Shown: positions 1 through 8,546 of the stretch, piece by piece | How positions within the stretch are numbered: position 1 is the first letter of the stretch | How the letters are laid out: every line of letters begins with the position of its first letter | Origin: a virus | Taxonomy: Duplodnaviria > Caudoviricetes | Reading direction: 5' to 3' (one strand) | Virus record (IMG/VR): IMGVR_UViG_3300023197_000041 | Span: 1 to 24,328 of that record | Length of the DNA stretch: 24,328 nt | The notes under the pieces: generated by a model | Database searches by the model: none | Told to the model about the DNA's origin: nothing | What the model saw: the letters and a program-made list of their open reading frames with translations, nothing else | Position numbers and translations under genes: made by a program

Positions 1-1112
1 CGCCCGATGAAAGGCTGTTCGTTGACCCGAACCGTCTCGATGATGTAGTCCATCACGAGGCGGTTGAAACCGTACTGCATCCCGTACTCCTCGCTGTTCT
101 CCTGCGTCACCGTGGTCGGGTCGTCCACGATGCGAGCGCCACCAGCCTCGTCGGCCAGCGGAACCACGTTCTTGTCGATGAGCGAACCGCGGAACGCGCG
201 GTCCACGTCACGAGCCTGCGTGGGGTGGAGTTGCTTGTTCGAGGCGAGGCGCTTGTTGATGGGCGTCGTCTCGATGCCGATGGCCGCACGACGACCAGCG
301 TAGGCCGCAACCGCAGACGTACCGTCGGCGAACCGCGTCGGGTAGAGAACCTGCGTGCGGGAGTCGTCGTAGGGGTTGGTGAAGTCCAGCACCGAGGAGA
401 TGTGGATGGCCGCCCCGGCGTCGAGGAGAGCGAGGTCGTACTCGTCCTCCATCGCTTCCACCGTCACCTGCGCGTCGTCCACGACCGAATCGCGCTCGCT
501 GATGGGGGTGAAGAAGTCGATGACGCCGCCCGCGTCCTGCGCCATCGTGTCGTGGGCGGTGGAGTAGTCGAAGTGCTCGTAGTTCACCGTCAGGCTGTTC
601 GAGGGAGCCGCCGGAACTTCCAGCGTCCCGCGAACTGGGTTGACGTAGCACTCGCCATCTGCGACCGTGTACGTAGCGGGGTCATCGAGGACGAGGTTCG
701 TGGAGAGGTCCGTCCCGTCGAGGGTAACGGTGATGGCCGACGGGTCCTCGCGGGCGGGACCTTTGTCCAGCGTCACGGACGTATCCGAGATGCCGGAGTG
801 GTCTTCCCCGGTGACGGGGATAGCCTCGGGTGCCACCGCGTAGACCGGGAACGCACCCTCCTGAAGGGCGTCGATGATGCCCTGAGTCAGGAGGCTCGTG
901 TCGCGGTCGCCGAACCACTGCTCGGCGCGACTGGCGCGCGTGACCTGATAGACTGTGTTCGGGTCAGCAGACCCCTGCGACGCGCCGTCGCCGAGGTTTG
1001 CCTGACCAACGATGCCAACGTCACTGGGAGCCTCCCCGGTAGTCGGGATGCCGAGCGAGGAGGTAACGTCAGTGACGATTCCGGGTTCCTGCTTGTCGCC
1101 GTACTGAGTCAT
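1..1112 (-). CDS. Tail sheath protein (contractile tail), 3' end beyond the window
   Basis: Absent from the ORF track because no stop falls in the window. My translation from ATG 1112 is an acidic open frame MTQYGDKQEPGIVTDVTSS...VGIVGQA...AEQWFG...GAFPVYAV...VVPLADEAGGARIVDDPTT...NRLVMDYIIETVRVNEQPFIG. The N-terminal PG motif and C-terminal R-x-x-D-Y-I...FIG are typical of sheath proteins, and the gene follows the neck genes. Confidence 0.85.
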   Translation of the reverse strand, partial: MTQYGDKQEPGIVTDVTSSLGIPTTGEAPSDVGIVGQANLGDGASQGSADPNTVYQVTRASRAEQWFGDRDTSLLTQGIIDALQEGAFPVYAVAPEAIPVTGEDHSGISDTSVTLDKGPAREDPSAITVTLDGTDLSTNLVLDDPATYTVADGECYVNPVRGTLEVPAAPSNSLTVNYEHFDYSTAHDTMAQDAGGVIDFFTPISERDSVVDDAQVTVEAMEDEYDLALLDAGAAIHISSVLDFTNPYDDSRTQVLYPTRFADGTSAVAAYAGRRAAIGIETTPINKRLASNKQLHPTQARDVDRAFRGSLIDKNVVPLADEAGGARIVDDPTTVTQENSEEYGMQYGFNRLVMDYIIETVRVNEQPFIG

Positions 1113-1130
1113 GTTGAGAAGTCGAAAGGG

Positions 1131-1649
1131 TTACTGCTCGATGTGGAAGGATTCCTTCACCTGTTCGATGGTGTCGTAGTCCGAGCGCACGACCTCGTGG
1201 AAGCCCTTGAACAGGGCCGAAACCCCGAGTTCCGTCTCCCGTGGCTCCGTGAACTGGTGCTGTGGGTTGCCGGAACCTCGGGGGAGACAGTTGCGAAGAT
1301 GAGCGTGGAACGAATCGGGGTCGATGCGGATTTCCCGAAACACGTTCTTCACGTCGTCTTTGAGTCGGGACGCCGCGACCTCATCGGAGTGACGCGCTGT
1401 GACTTCCACTCGCGTCTCGTAGTAGAACCGGAACACGCGCTCGTACTCGCGGTTGCCATCGCCGTCGAGGTCGCCAACACGTTCCCCCGCGAACGGGGTA
1501 TTGTGGTAGGTGAAGTCGGTCGTGTCCCAGTCTTCGATGATGGCCGCCGGGACCGGGCGCTCGTCCTCGTGACCAGCCGTCCGAACAGGCACATCGAGAG
1601 CCGAGTCCAGCCGGTCTTCGAGGGTTGCGATGAGCGTTGTTTCGTCCAT
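1131..1649 (-). CDS. Putative tail completion/terminator protein
   Basis: 172 aa acidic ORF immediately upstream of the sheath gene; function inferred from size and synteny. Confidence 0.6.
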   Translation of the reverse strand: MDETTLIATLEDRLDSALDVPVRTAGHEDERPVPAAIIEDWDTTDFTYHNTPFAGERVGDLDGDGNREYERVFRFYYETRVEVTARHSDEVAASRLKDDVKNVFREIRIDPDSFHAHLRNCLPRGSGNPQHQFTEPRETELGVSALFKGFHEVVRSDYDTIEQVKESFHIEQ

Positions 1650-1656
1650 GAGAAGG

Positions 1657-2244
1657 TTACTTGAGGCCGTGTCTCCGCAGAGCGCGCTCCATGTTCTTCT
1701 CGACCTTCCGATGGAGAACCATCGGGCCGATACTGCTCATGTAGCGTTCTGCGGCGTCCATGTAGCCGATGCCGCGGTAGCCCTCTTTCTCGATGTGCTC
1801 TTTGACCGCAAAGGCCGTGAGCACGTAGCCGGGATGGTAGTCCTCGGCGAGGGCTTGGAGTTCCGGGTCCCAGTCGGAGAGGTCCCTGCCGGTCGCAGGC
1901 TCGGGGGTCAACTTGTCGCTGACCCACTCGATGATGTTCTGGACCGGCGGGTTCGCCTCACCGGGTTCGAGGCCATCTTCCACGATTTCGGCGTGTGGTG
2001 CCTCGTTACGGAGCGACCCCTCCCACGTACCACCTTCCGTGGTGCCATCGGGGTCAGAGAATCCGTGGTAGACACGCTCACGCCACACCCGGTCGGTGGC
2101 CCGCACACGTTCCTGTGCGCGACGTTTCCCACGTCGCTGAAGCCACTCGCCGGTTTCCTTGAGGCCTTCTTTCAGACCTTCTCGGAGGGCGTCGTCAACT
2201 CGCTGATGGCCGTCTATCTCGGCCTTGAGACTGAGGTCACTCAT
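1657..2244 (-). CDS. Putative neck protein (HK97 gp10-like)
   Basis: 195 aa containing NEAPHAEIVEDG-x-x-PG...P...IIEWV and a C-terminal G-x-x-G-x-x-YM pattern like gp10-type neck proteins; synteny agrees. Confidence 0.65.
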   Translation of the reverse strand: MSDLSLKAEIDGHQRVDDALREGLKEGLKETGEWLQRRGKRRAQERVRATDRVWRERVYHGFSDPDGTTEGGTWEGSLRNEAPHAEIVEDGLEPGEANPPVQNIIEWVSDKLTPEPATGRDLSDWDPELQALAEDYHPGYVLTAFAVKEHIEKEGYRGIGYMDAAERYMSSIGPMVLHRKVEKNMERALRRHGLK

Positions 2245-2258
2245 GCGATGAGGCGGCG

Positions 2259-2612
2259 TCAGTGTCGGACGTACTCGCCGAAGAACTCGACGTGCGTCTC
2301 GTAGTGGGTCGGAGACTGCATCTCGTAGACCCGACCGTTGTACCGGAGGTGGTCTTCCGGTTGCGGCGGGTCCGGCTCGGACTCGCTCTTGGGGAACAGG
2401 AACACCGGCCTGTCGGTGGTCATGTCACCCGACGCCGATTCGATGGTGGTGTTCCGGTTCGGGTACGTCCGAACCGCGTACACCGTCCGGTCCTCGGCGT
2501 AGTCGTTCTGCGGGTTGCCGAAGGCGTTCTCACCAGCCTCGGTCGGGACGAGCACGGTGGCTTCGTTCCCGAGCCGATGCAACTGGGTGGTCACGTCAGG
2601 CCCGATGTTCAT
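2259..2612 (-). CDS. Putative head closure protein (SPP1 gp16-like)
   Basis: 117 aa, beta-rich, with ENAFGNP and DHLRYNGRVYEM motifs; 4-bp overlap with the upstream adaptor gene. Confidence 0.65.
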   Translation of the reverse strand: MNIGPDVTTQLHRLGNEATVLVPTEAGENAFGNPQNDYAEDRTVYAVRTYPNRNTTIESASGDMTTDRPVFLFPKSESEPDPPQPEDHLRYNGRVYEMQSPTHYETHVEFFGEYVRH

Positions 2613-3055
2613 AGTCCGTTCAGGTCAGTAGCACCGCCGCTGTCGCGGAGCGTACCCCGCTCGTACTGACGTTCGCCGCGTACCGGACTTGCGGACTGGA
2701 TGAGTTGGTCAGCCCGGAAGTTCCGCATCGCGCCGCGTGCGTTACGGAACCACTCGGTTACGTCGTCGTCAGCCTTGGCGAGCAGGGTGTCGCTGTCAAT
2801 CGCCCCGACCTGTACGGTCTGCGAATCCAGTTCCCCGGTGGCCACCTTTGCGAACAGGCAGGTGAACCAGAACAGCGCCTCCTCGGCTTGGGCGTCCGAT
2901 AGAAGGTCGAACTCCTCATCGAGGCCGGACTTCTCCGCCCGGATGTGCTTCTCCGCCCGGTTCATCACGGCCTCGAACTCCGCGTTGGACAGTTCGTCCT
3001 CGGAGTAGTCCGTGATGACCCGGAACTCAAGTCGAAATTCGTGTTTCGTAGTCAT
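2609..3055 (-). CDS. Putative head-tail adaptor (SPP1 gp15/HK97 gp6-like)
   Basis: 148 aa helical acidic protein directly after the major capsid gene; function from synteny. Confidence 0.6.
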   Translation of the reverse strand: MTTKHEFRLEFRVITDYSEDELSNAEFEAVMNRAEKHIRAEKSGLDEEFDLLSDAQAEEALFWFTCLFAKVATGELDSQTVQVGAIDSDTLLAKADDDVTEWFRNARGAMRNFRADQLIQSASPVRGERQYERGTLRDSGGATDLNGL

Positions 3056-3111
3056 GTTACACCTGCCTGATGTGCGTACCTGCCCTCATCGGGTCAGGCT
3101 ACGAGGAACCT

Positions 3112-4071
3112 CTACGCGAGGTTGTCCGCCGTGACCTCGACAGCACGGAGCGGGTCCACGAATCGCGCACCGAAGCGCGCGTAGCCCCGAGCACCGAGGA
3201 GGTCGCCGGGCGACGTGACCGACGCGCCGTTGGGCCGGGTCACGTCAACCGGCTGGTCGTTGTAGAACTTGACCGGCCCCTCGTTGTCCACCTGCGTAAG
3301 GTAGAAGTGGTCGCCGGTCATCCACGGGGACTCGACCATCCGCACGTTGTCGATGATGATTTCGAGGTCCCGAACGTCGGCGGTGCGGAGGCCCGACGCC
3401 ATCGGGATGTGGTACTGCGCGTCCCACGTCAGTTCGTCGCGCAGTTTGCGCTTGAACTTCGTGGAGATGAGGGCCACGAAGGGACCGTCGTAGTTGTGGT
3501 GGGTCAGGTGTTCCTTCGCCCGCTCGATGTGCTCGTGAGGCTCGTGGGCGTTCGAGTCGCCGAACAGGTCGGACGTGGTGTCGAAGACGTGGTTGTGGGT
3601 GCGGTCGTGGCTGTGCTCGCCGAAGTCGGGCACGTCGTACCACAGTTCGCGCCCGTCGGCGATGCCCTGCTTGAAGATGTTGCGGATGAGGCGGTCCTGC
3701 GTGTTGGCCGCCCCTTCCAGCATCGTCTCGACACGACGCATGAGTTGGTCCGAGGTGGACTTCTCGAACCGCTCACGGGTCATGCCGAGGCCCTTGGCGA
3801 AGGTGTCGCCGTTGATGGTAATCCACTTGCCCTCCTCGTCTTCATCGACGATGGTGCGGGGGTGCTCACCCTCCGCAATCTTGTCCCAGTAGAGGTCGGT
3901 GTTGGGACGGTCTTGGAAGAAAGTCTGCTGAGTGACCTCCGTGGCGAACATATCGCGGAACGGGCGTTCCGCTTCGTTGAAACCGTTGATGAGTTCGCGG
4001 GTGAGGTCCAGCATCTCCTCCAGCGTGCGACCGTCCTTCGTCAGAATCTCGGAATGTCGTCCAGTAGGCAT
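3112..4071 (-). CDS. Major capsid protein (HK97 fold)
   Basis: 319 aa with EGEHP, FAKGLGMTRE and a C-terminal ARFGARFVDPLRAVEVT typical of HK97-fold capsid proteins; lies after the protease, scaffold and decoration genes. Confidence 0.85.
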   Translation of the reverse strand: MPTGRHSEILTKDGRTLEEMLDLTRELINGFNEAERPFRDMFATEVTQQTFFQDRPNTDLYWDKIAEGEHPRTIVDEDEEGKWITINGDTFAKGLGMTRERFEKSTSDQLMRRVETMLEGAANTQDRLIRNIFKQGIADGRELWYDVPDFGEHSHDRTHNHVFDTTSDLFGDSNAHEPHEHIERAKEHLTHHNYDGPFVALISTKFKRKLRDELTWDAQYHIPMASGLRTADVRDLEIIIDNVRMVESPWMTGDHFYLTQVDNEGPVKFYNDQPVDVTRPNGASVTSPGDLLGARGYARFGARFVDPLRAVEVTADNLA

Positions 4072-4106
4072 GGTTGTGTCTAAGAGTTAAGTTGTCAGTT
4101 TTGAGT

Positions 4107-4643
4107 CTACGCGACCGTCTCGTAGCCTGCCTCTATGTCCAGAAGCAGGCGCTCGCGGCCCTCGGCGACCGTCTCGCCCATGTCCTCGGGGTCGAGGGCG
4201 ACGCCGAGAATCTGGACGATGCTCCCCGAGTTCGAGGGCTTCGTCTGCGTGAAACCACCACCCTCGGCGAGGTAGACCGGCTCGCCGGGAGTGAGGTCCA
4301 TGTCCGCGCCGTCGTTGGCGAGTTCGACGCCGTACCGGATGAGGGTCACGCGGTCGCCGACCTCGGTGCGGTCCATCTCCGAGAACATCTGCGCCATCTC
4401 CTCGGTGAGTTCGTGACTCCCAACGTAGGAGTGCGGGTCCTCGGGGAAGACCTCCTGAGGGAGCAGGACGCCGACCGCGGGGATGCCGTTGGCCGCGTCC
4501 GCTTCGACCAACTGCGGCTCGGAGCCGGAGTTGTCCACCCCGACCAGAGTACCCTGCACGTCGTCACCCTGAATCTGGATGTTGTCGAGGCCGGTTCGGT
4601 TGATGGGCTGTTCGCTACCAGTAGCGATGTTGAAGTTTGCCAT
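4107..4643 (-). CDS. Capsid decoration/cement protein
   Basis: 178 aa with ADA...PAVGV and LTPGEPVYLAEGGGFTQTKP...VQILGVA, typical of beta-tulip cement proteins; immediately upstream of the capsid gene. Confidence 0.7.
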   Translation of the reverse strand: MANFNIATGSEQPINRTGLDNIQIQGDDVQGTLVGVDNSGSEPQLVEADAANGIPAVGVLLPQEVFPEDPHSYVGSHELTEEMAQMFSEMDRTEVGDRVTLIRYGVELANDGADMDLTPGEPVYLAEGGGFTQTKPSNSGSIVQILGVALDPEDMGETVAEGRERLLLDIEAGYETVA

Positions 4644-4663
4644 GAGAAGTTACTGAAGGGGGT

Positions 4664-5104
4664 TTACTCGTCCACGACGACTCCCGTGATGTTCGAGAGG
4701 TGGTCACGAACGTCGTCGGAGAAGTCCTCGTCCTCGCCGTGGGTCGCACCGCGCTTACCCATGTCGAAGTCCTCGTCCTCCTCGTCTTCGTCGTCCTCGT
4801 CAGAAGCCTCGTACTCCTCTGCCTCGGCGAGAACTTCGCGCTTGCGCTCGAAGGAGAGGGCTTCCGCCTCCTCGTCCGAGAGGAAGGTCTTCTCCGCGAC
4901 CTCCTCTGCCAGTTCCTCGTCCGCTTCCGTGAACTCCTCGATAGCCGCCTCGTCAACGGCTTCGAGGGTTTCTGCCGCCTTCTCGAACTCGGCGACGTTC
5001 GATTCCTGAGCGTTCTCGAACTCGTTCACCAGTTCGATGAGGCCGTCGCGGTCGAACTCTGCGAGGTCGCCATCGTAAGAGACTTGGTTGAAGTTAAGTT
5101 CCAT
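4664..5104 (-). CDS. Putative scaffolding protein
   Basis: Real start is probably ATG 5104 (MELNFNQVSY..., 146 aa); the ORF-track extension to 5536 overlaps the HNH gene. Very acidic, helical, and between the protease and capsid genes. Confidence 0.6.
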   Translation of the reverse strand: MELNFNQVSYDGDLAEFDRDGLIELVNEFENAQESNVAEFEKAAETLEAVDEAAIEEFTEADEELAEEVAEKTFLSDEEAEALSFERKREVLAEAEEYEASDEDDEDEEDEDFDMGKRGATHGEDEDFSDDVRDHLSNITGVVVDE

Positions 5105-5645
5105 GTGTGGGTTTGAGATGTGTTTCTGTGACACTCTTTGATACTGCCTCAACGCGCGGGTGGCAAGAAGCACACACGCACATGAGGTTGTCCTGATGGT
5201 TCGTACCACCAGCAGTGACCGGAACGATGTGGTGGGCATCAAGCCGACTGGCTTCCTCTGCGGATTTCCCGCAAAGTTCGCACTCATAGTCGGCAAGTTT
5301 CTTACAGATTCGAGACGCCCAAGACCAGTCGGCCAAAGCGTCTCTAACTGCTCCCGAAAGGTATCCGGCGTGCCCACCGGAGTACCTTGGATTGTTCTTT
5401 CCACGTTTACGAGCGGAGTTAGCACAGGAAGTTGAACAAAATCTCCCGGCTTGGGAAGGGTAACGTTCAACTTCTTTACCACACCACTCGCAGTTGTAGA
5501 GGACCTTTCCACCTGTCCACGCCGGACTTTCGTCACCAGTCCGTTCTTCGGAACACCACTTTCCGTAACAGCCTTCCGAACAGAACTTTCCGGTACTCCC
5601 CGGCGTCGGCTCGAAGTCCTTTTCGCACCAATTACAAGTAGCCAT
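5094..5645 (-). CDS. HNH endonuclease with N-terminal Zn-ribbon repeats
   Basis: From ATG 5645: two C-x2-C...(K/R)FCS-x2-C repeats, then CELCG...DAHHIVP...GGTN...NLMCVCASCH. Non-acidic and visibly lower GC than its neighbours. Confidence 0.9.
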   Translation of the reverse strand: MATCNWCEKDFEPTPGSTGKFCSEGCYGKWCSEERTGDESPAWTGGKVLYNCEWCGKEVERYPSQAGRFCSTSCANSARKRGKNNPRYSGGHAGYLSGAVRDALADWSWASRICKKLADYECELCGKSAEEASRLDAHHIVPVTAGGTNHQDNLMCVCASCHPRVEAVSKSVTETHLKPTHGT

Positions 5646-5711
5646 ATCGGCTATTGTGGTCCGATGGACTTGAATTTGATGCCACCACAAAGTTCAGGTC
5701 CATGTTTCGTA

Positions 5712-6773
5712 TCAGAAGGTGATGGTTTCGCTGTGAACCGCCGTCGCCGAGTTCTCTGCCGCGTCCCCCTCTCGGGTTCCTTCGTCAGCGGCGTCATCGA
5801 ACTCGAACTGTTCTGCCTCCTCTACCGCGGCCTCGGCGAACGCGGCACGGATGCCGCCCTCGTCGTAGCCACCGGGGAAGTTGACCGTCGAGAACTCCCG
5901 TAGGCGACCGTCCTTGAGTTCCGGCTCGCCGTCGGAGTTCCGCACGGCTCGATACTGTTTGCCGAACCCGACGGAGCCATCGCGCCAACTCGGCGGTTCG
6001 TGAGTGTAACGCTGGATGGCTTCGTCGTGTGTCCGACTTCCCGTGTTCGGGACCCGAGCCATGAGCATCAGTTTGCCCCGTGACTCGGAGAACCAGACCT
6101 CCTTCACGTCGCCGACCTTCGAGAAAGAATCACTCCGCTCGTGGTCAACGAGGTGCGGAGGCTGACTGGGGTCCGCGTAGTCCTTTTCAGCCACCTTTCG
6201 GAGGAAGTCCTCCGTGATGCGAACGCCGTTACGACGTTCGGGCGGGCCGGGTTCCATCGCCTCGAACACTACGTCCACGCTTTCGAGGGTGTCACCCCCG
6301 TCGGCGTAGTTCTCGCGGACGCCGTATTCGTTGAACCCGTCACCAACGCGCTCCTCGAACTCGGAAAAGTCGAAGTCATCATCGGTGGCGGTCGATGCCG
6401 TCATGGCGAACGTCTCCTCGATGTTGAGCAGACGCTCGTCGCCGTCGTCGGGAGCCGAGGTGTCATCCTCGAACTCCATCCAGTTGGTGTTGACCGTCAT
6501 GGCGTTGTCGGGGATGGGCGGGTCATCGAAGTACCGCGCGAGACGCCGAATCGAGTGTTCAACGTCCCGGTCGGTCTGTCCTCGATGATTCCACGCATTT
6601 TCGACGCTTCCACGACGCAGGTAGCCGTCGGTGTCAACCACGAGGTAAGACGACTTACGTTTCGAGCCTGCGGCGATGAGGTAGTGGTCCTCGAAGCCGT
6701 CCTTCGGGATGCGACCTTCGTTGGCCTCACCCTCTCTGGTGCCGCGGAACTTGACACCAGCCACCTGAATCAT
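5712..6773 (-). CDS. Prohead maturation protease with an N-terminal accessory domain
   Basis: Start ATG 6773 overlaps the upstream stop (ATGA). HLVDH, DGSVGF and LREFSTVNFPG match the His/Ser/Glu-Ser motifs of HK97-type prohead proteases. Confidence 0.8.
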   Translation of the reverse strand: MIQVAGVKFRGTREGEANEGRIPKDGFEDHYLIAAGSKRKSSYLVVDTDGYLRRGSVENAWNHRGQTDRDVEHSIRRLARYFDDPPIPDNAMTVNTNWMEFEDDTSAPDDGDERLLNIEETFAMTASTATDDDFDFSEFEERVGDGFNEYGVRENYADGGDTLESVDVVFEAMEPGPPERRNGVRITEDFLRKVAEKDYADPSQPPHLVDHERSDSFSKVGDVKEVWFSESRGKLMLMARVPNTGSRTHDEAIQRYTHEPPSWRDGSVGFGKQYRAVRNSDGEPELKDGRLREFSTVNFPGGYDEGGIRAAFAEAAVEEAEQFEFDDAADEGTREGDAAENSATAVHSETITF

Positions 6774-7033
6774 GGGAACAGTCGCGTCAGTTTGTCGGCA
6801 ATCCAAGTCGTGACGGCAACGCCGCCGACCGTGATGCCGTTGAGAATAGTTGTATTCCGATTCACCTTGCTTTGGAGGTCGTCTATGTCGTTGGTGTTCC
6901 CTTCGACACTTTCGGCCACCTCATCGAGTCGGGAGTCGATTCGTTCGGTGCGCTCATCGACCCGATGAAGGATGGCAAGTTCGTCAGAGGGAACCTCACC
7001 TCCATCCATCCGGGGGTCAGATTTGTCGTTCAT
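6770..7033 (-). CDS. Small coiled-coil protein with a C-terminal hydrophobic segment (holin/XhlA-like?)
   Basis: 87 aa: heptad region, then ILNGITVGGVAVTTWIA; coupled to both neighbours by 4-bp overlaps. Confidence 0.55.
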   Translation of the reverse strand: MNDKSDPRMDGGEVPSDELAILHRVDERTERIDSRLDEVAESVEGNTNDIDDLQSKVNRNTTILNGITVGGVAVTTWIADKLTRLFP

Positions 7034-8541
7034 CCTTCATCTTCTGTTACGGACTTCTTGTTCCGACCCGAAGACGAGTCTTCAGTTGGGTCTTGGCGCG
7101 AAACGACTTCGCCTCCCGAAGACTCGGTGCCGCCTTCTGTGTCGGAAGGTCGCCCGCCCTCGGGATTCTGGATGGCATCACCCTGCCCCGACAACTGCTG
7201 GAGGAGGGTCATCAGGTCCGCGTCCTCCCACATCTCGGGGACTTCCTGTGGGTCGATGCCCGCCCGCTCGGCAAGTGCCTCGGGCGTGAGCAGACCGTTG
7301 TTGAACAACTTGAGGAGTTTGTCCACCTCAAGTCGCTTCTCGGCGGACGAGTGCTCGCCGAACTCGAACTCGGGGATAGTTCCCGAGAACTCCAGATTGT
7401 CACCGCCAAGCAGGCTCTTGAAAATCTGCTGTTCAACAGCCGTCTTGACGATGTTCTGGAGCCGCGTAACCCGGCGCTTGAACGACGGCATCACGGCGGC
7501 TGTCTCGCCGCTGTTCTCCGTCATGTTCATCAGGAGCGCCGGAACGCCGAGGCCCGTGATGATGCGCTTTTCGAGGTGCTTGAACGTCTCCTCCAGCCTC
7601 ATCGCGCCTGCGCTCGATGAGGTCGAGGTCGTTCCGACCACCTCTGTCTCCACGTCGTGTGGAGCCGCGAGCATCGAGTCCGGCTGGATGTTCTCCACGT
7701 TGTCCATCCACGCTGTCACTTGGTCCTCGGTCCAGTTGTGCTCGTCATCGCCGAGTTTCCACAGGATAGGCGGGTATGCCTTCGTGGCGATGAACCGGGC
7801 GTAGTCGATTTCCATGTCGCGGAGAATATCCGCCTGCTGGCGAATCGGCTCCGCGAAGGAACGACCGTAGTCGTCACCGGCCTCCATGCGGAACCACAAC
7901 TCCGCTACCTCGTGGGGAGCGTATTTCGTCGTGTCTTCCTCGGCGTCGTCCGGGTGTTCGAGAACGTAACTCTGCGGGTTCCCGTACTGGTCGAGGTCCC
8001 GGTTCATCCGCTTCGAGGGAAGCAGACGGGGCTTGAACTGCCCGTCCTCAACGACCAGTTCCATGTAGGCGTGGCCGTCGATGAGGGCGTAACGCACCCA
8101 GTCGTTGAACACCCTCCAGAACTCCGACTGCTTCATCAGCCGTCGGAGCATCTGGACGTTGTTCACGTCCCCGTTGCCGCCGTTACCGGACTCGCCGGAA
8201 CCACCGGACTGTCCGGTGTCTCCCTGTGCGGTTTCGGCGGCCTGTTGCCCGACGCCAGTCTCCATCGCCGCGGCGAAAGACCGCGGCTGGACGTTGAAGC
8301 CGTCACCCACAATCCAATCGGTAAGCGTTTCGATGGCTTCGTGAACGTGTGGGTCGGTGTAAACTATCGAGCGATGCTCCTCGATTTCGTCTTCGGGAGG
8401 CTCGATGACTCGTGTATCGCCGACCGTCGTCCCTGCACTGTTTTCAGCGACGACGACCCCCTTCGGGGAATCGGCGGCGAAGTCCGCAGAGTCAGTGGGT
8501 TCTACCCACTCGCCACGATAGCCTTGCTGGTCAAAATCCAT
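7030..8541 (-). CDS. Portal protein
   Basis: 503 aa after TerL with DPHVHEAI, ALIDGHAYMELV, DDYGRSFAE and ITGLGVPALL motifs typical of portals. Confidence 0.9.
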   Translation of the reverse strand: MDFDQQGYRGEWVEPTDSADFAADSPKGVVVAENSAGTTVGDTRVIEPPEDEIEEHRSIVYTDPHVHEAIETLTDWIVGDGFNVQPRSFAAAMETGVGQQAAETAQGDTGQSGGSGESGNGGNGDVNNVQMLRRLMKQSEFWRVFNDWVRYALIDGHAYMELVVEDGQFKPRLLPSKRMNRDLDQYGNPQSYVLEHPDDAEEDTTKYAPHEVAELWFRMEAGDDYGRSFAEPIRQQADILRDMEIDYARFIATKAYPPILWKLGDDEHNWTEDQVTAWMDNVENIQPDSMLAAPHDVETEVVGTTSTSSSAGAMRLEETFKHLEKRIITGLGVPALLMNMTENSGETAAVMPSFKRRVTRLQNIVKTAVEQQIFKSLLGGDNLEFSGTIPEFEFGEHSSAEKRLEVDKLLKLFNNGLLTPEALAERAGIDPQEVPEMWEDADLMTLLQQLSGQGDAIQNPEGGRPSDTEGGTESSGGEVVSRQDPTEDSSSGRNKKSVTEDEG

Positions 8542-8546
8542 AGATG

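Noticed and set aside
225-1664. 479-aa plus-strand ORF and similar long antisense ORFs (3070-4083, 6141-6968, 8853-10283, 10922-12412, 21022-22077)
   Set aside because: Shadow frames of real genes in high-GC DNA; Val/Arg/Leu-rich, not acidic, and without motifs.
4664-5536. 290-aa ORF-track version of the scaffold gene, and extended starts at 5690, 6806, 16404, 17238, 17702 and 23672
   Set aside because: The extensions overlap other genes or promoters and have atypical composition; downstream ATGs fit coupling, SD or promoter positions better.
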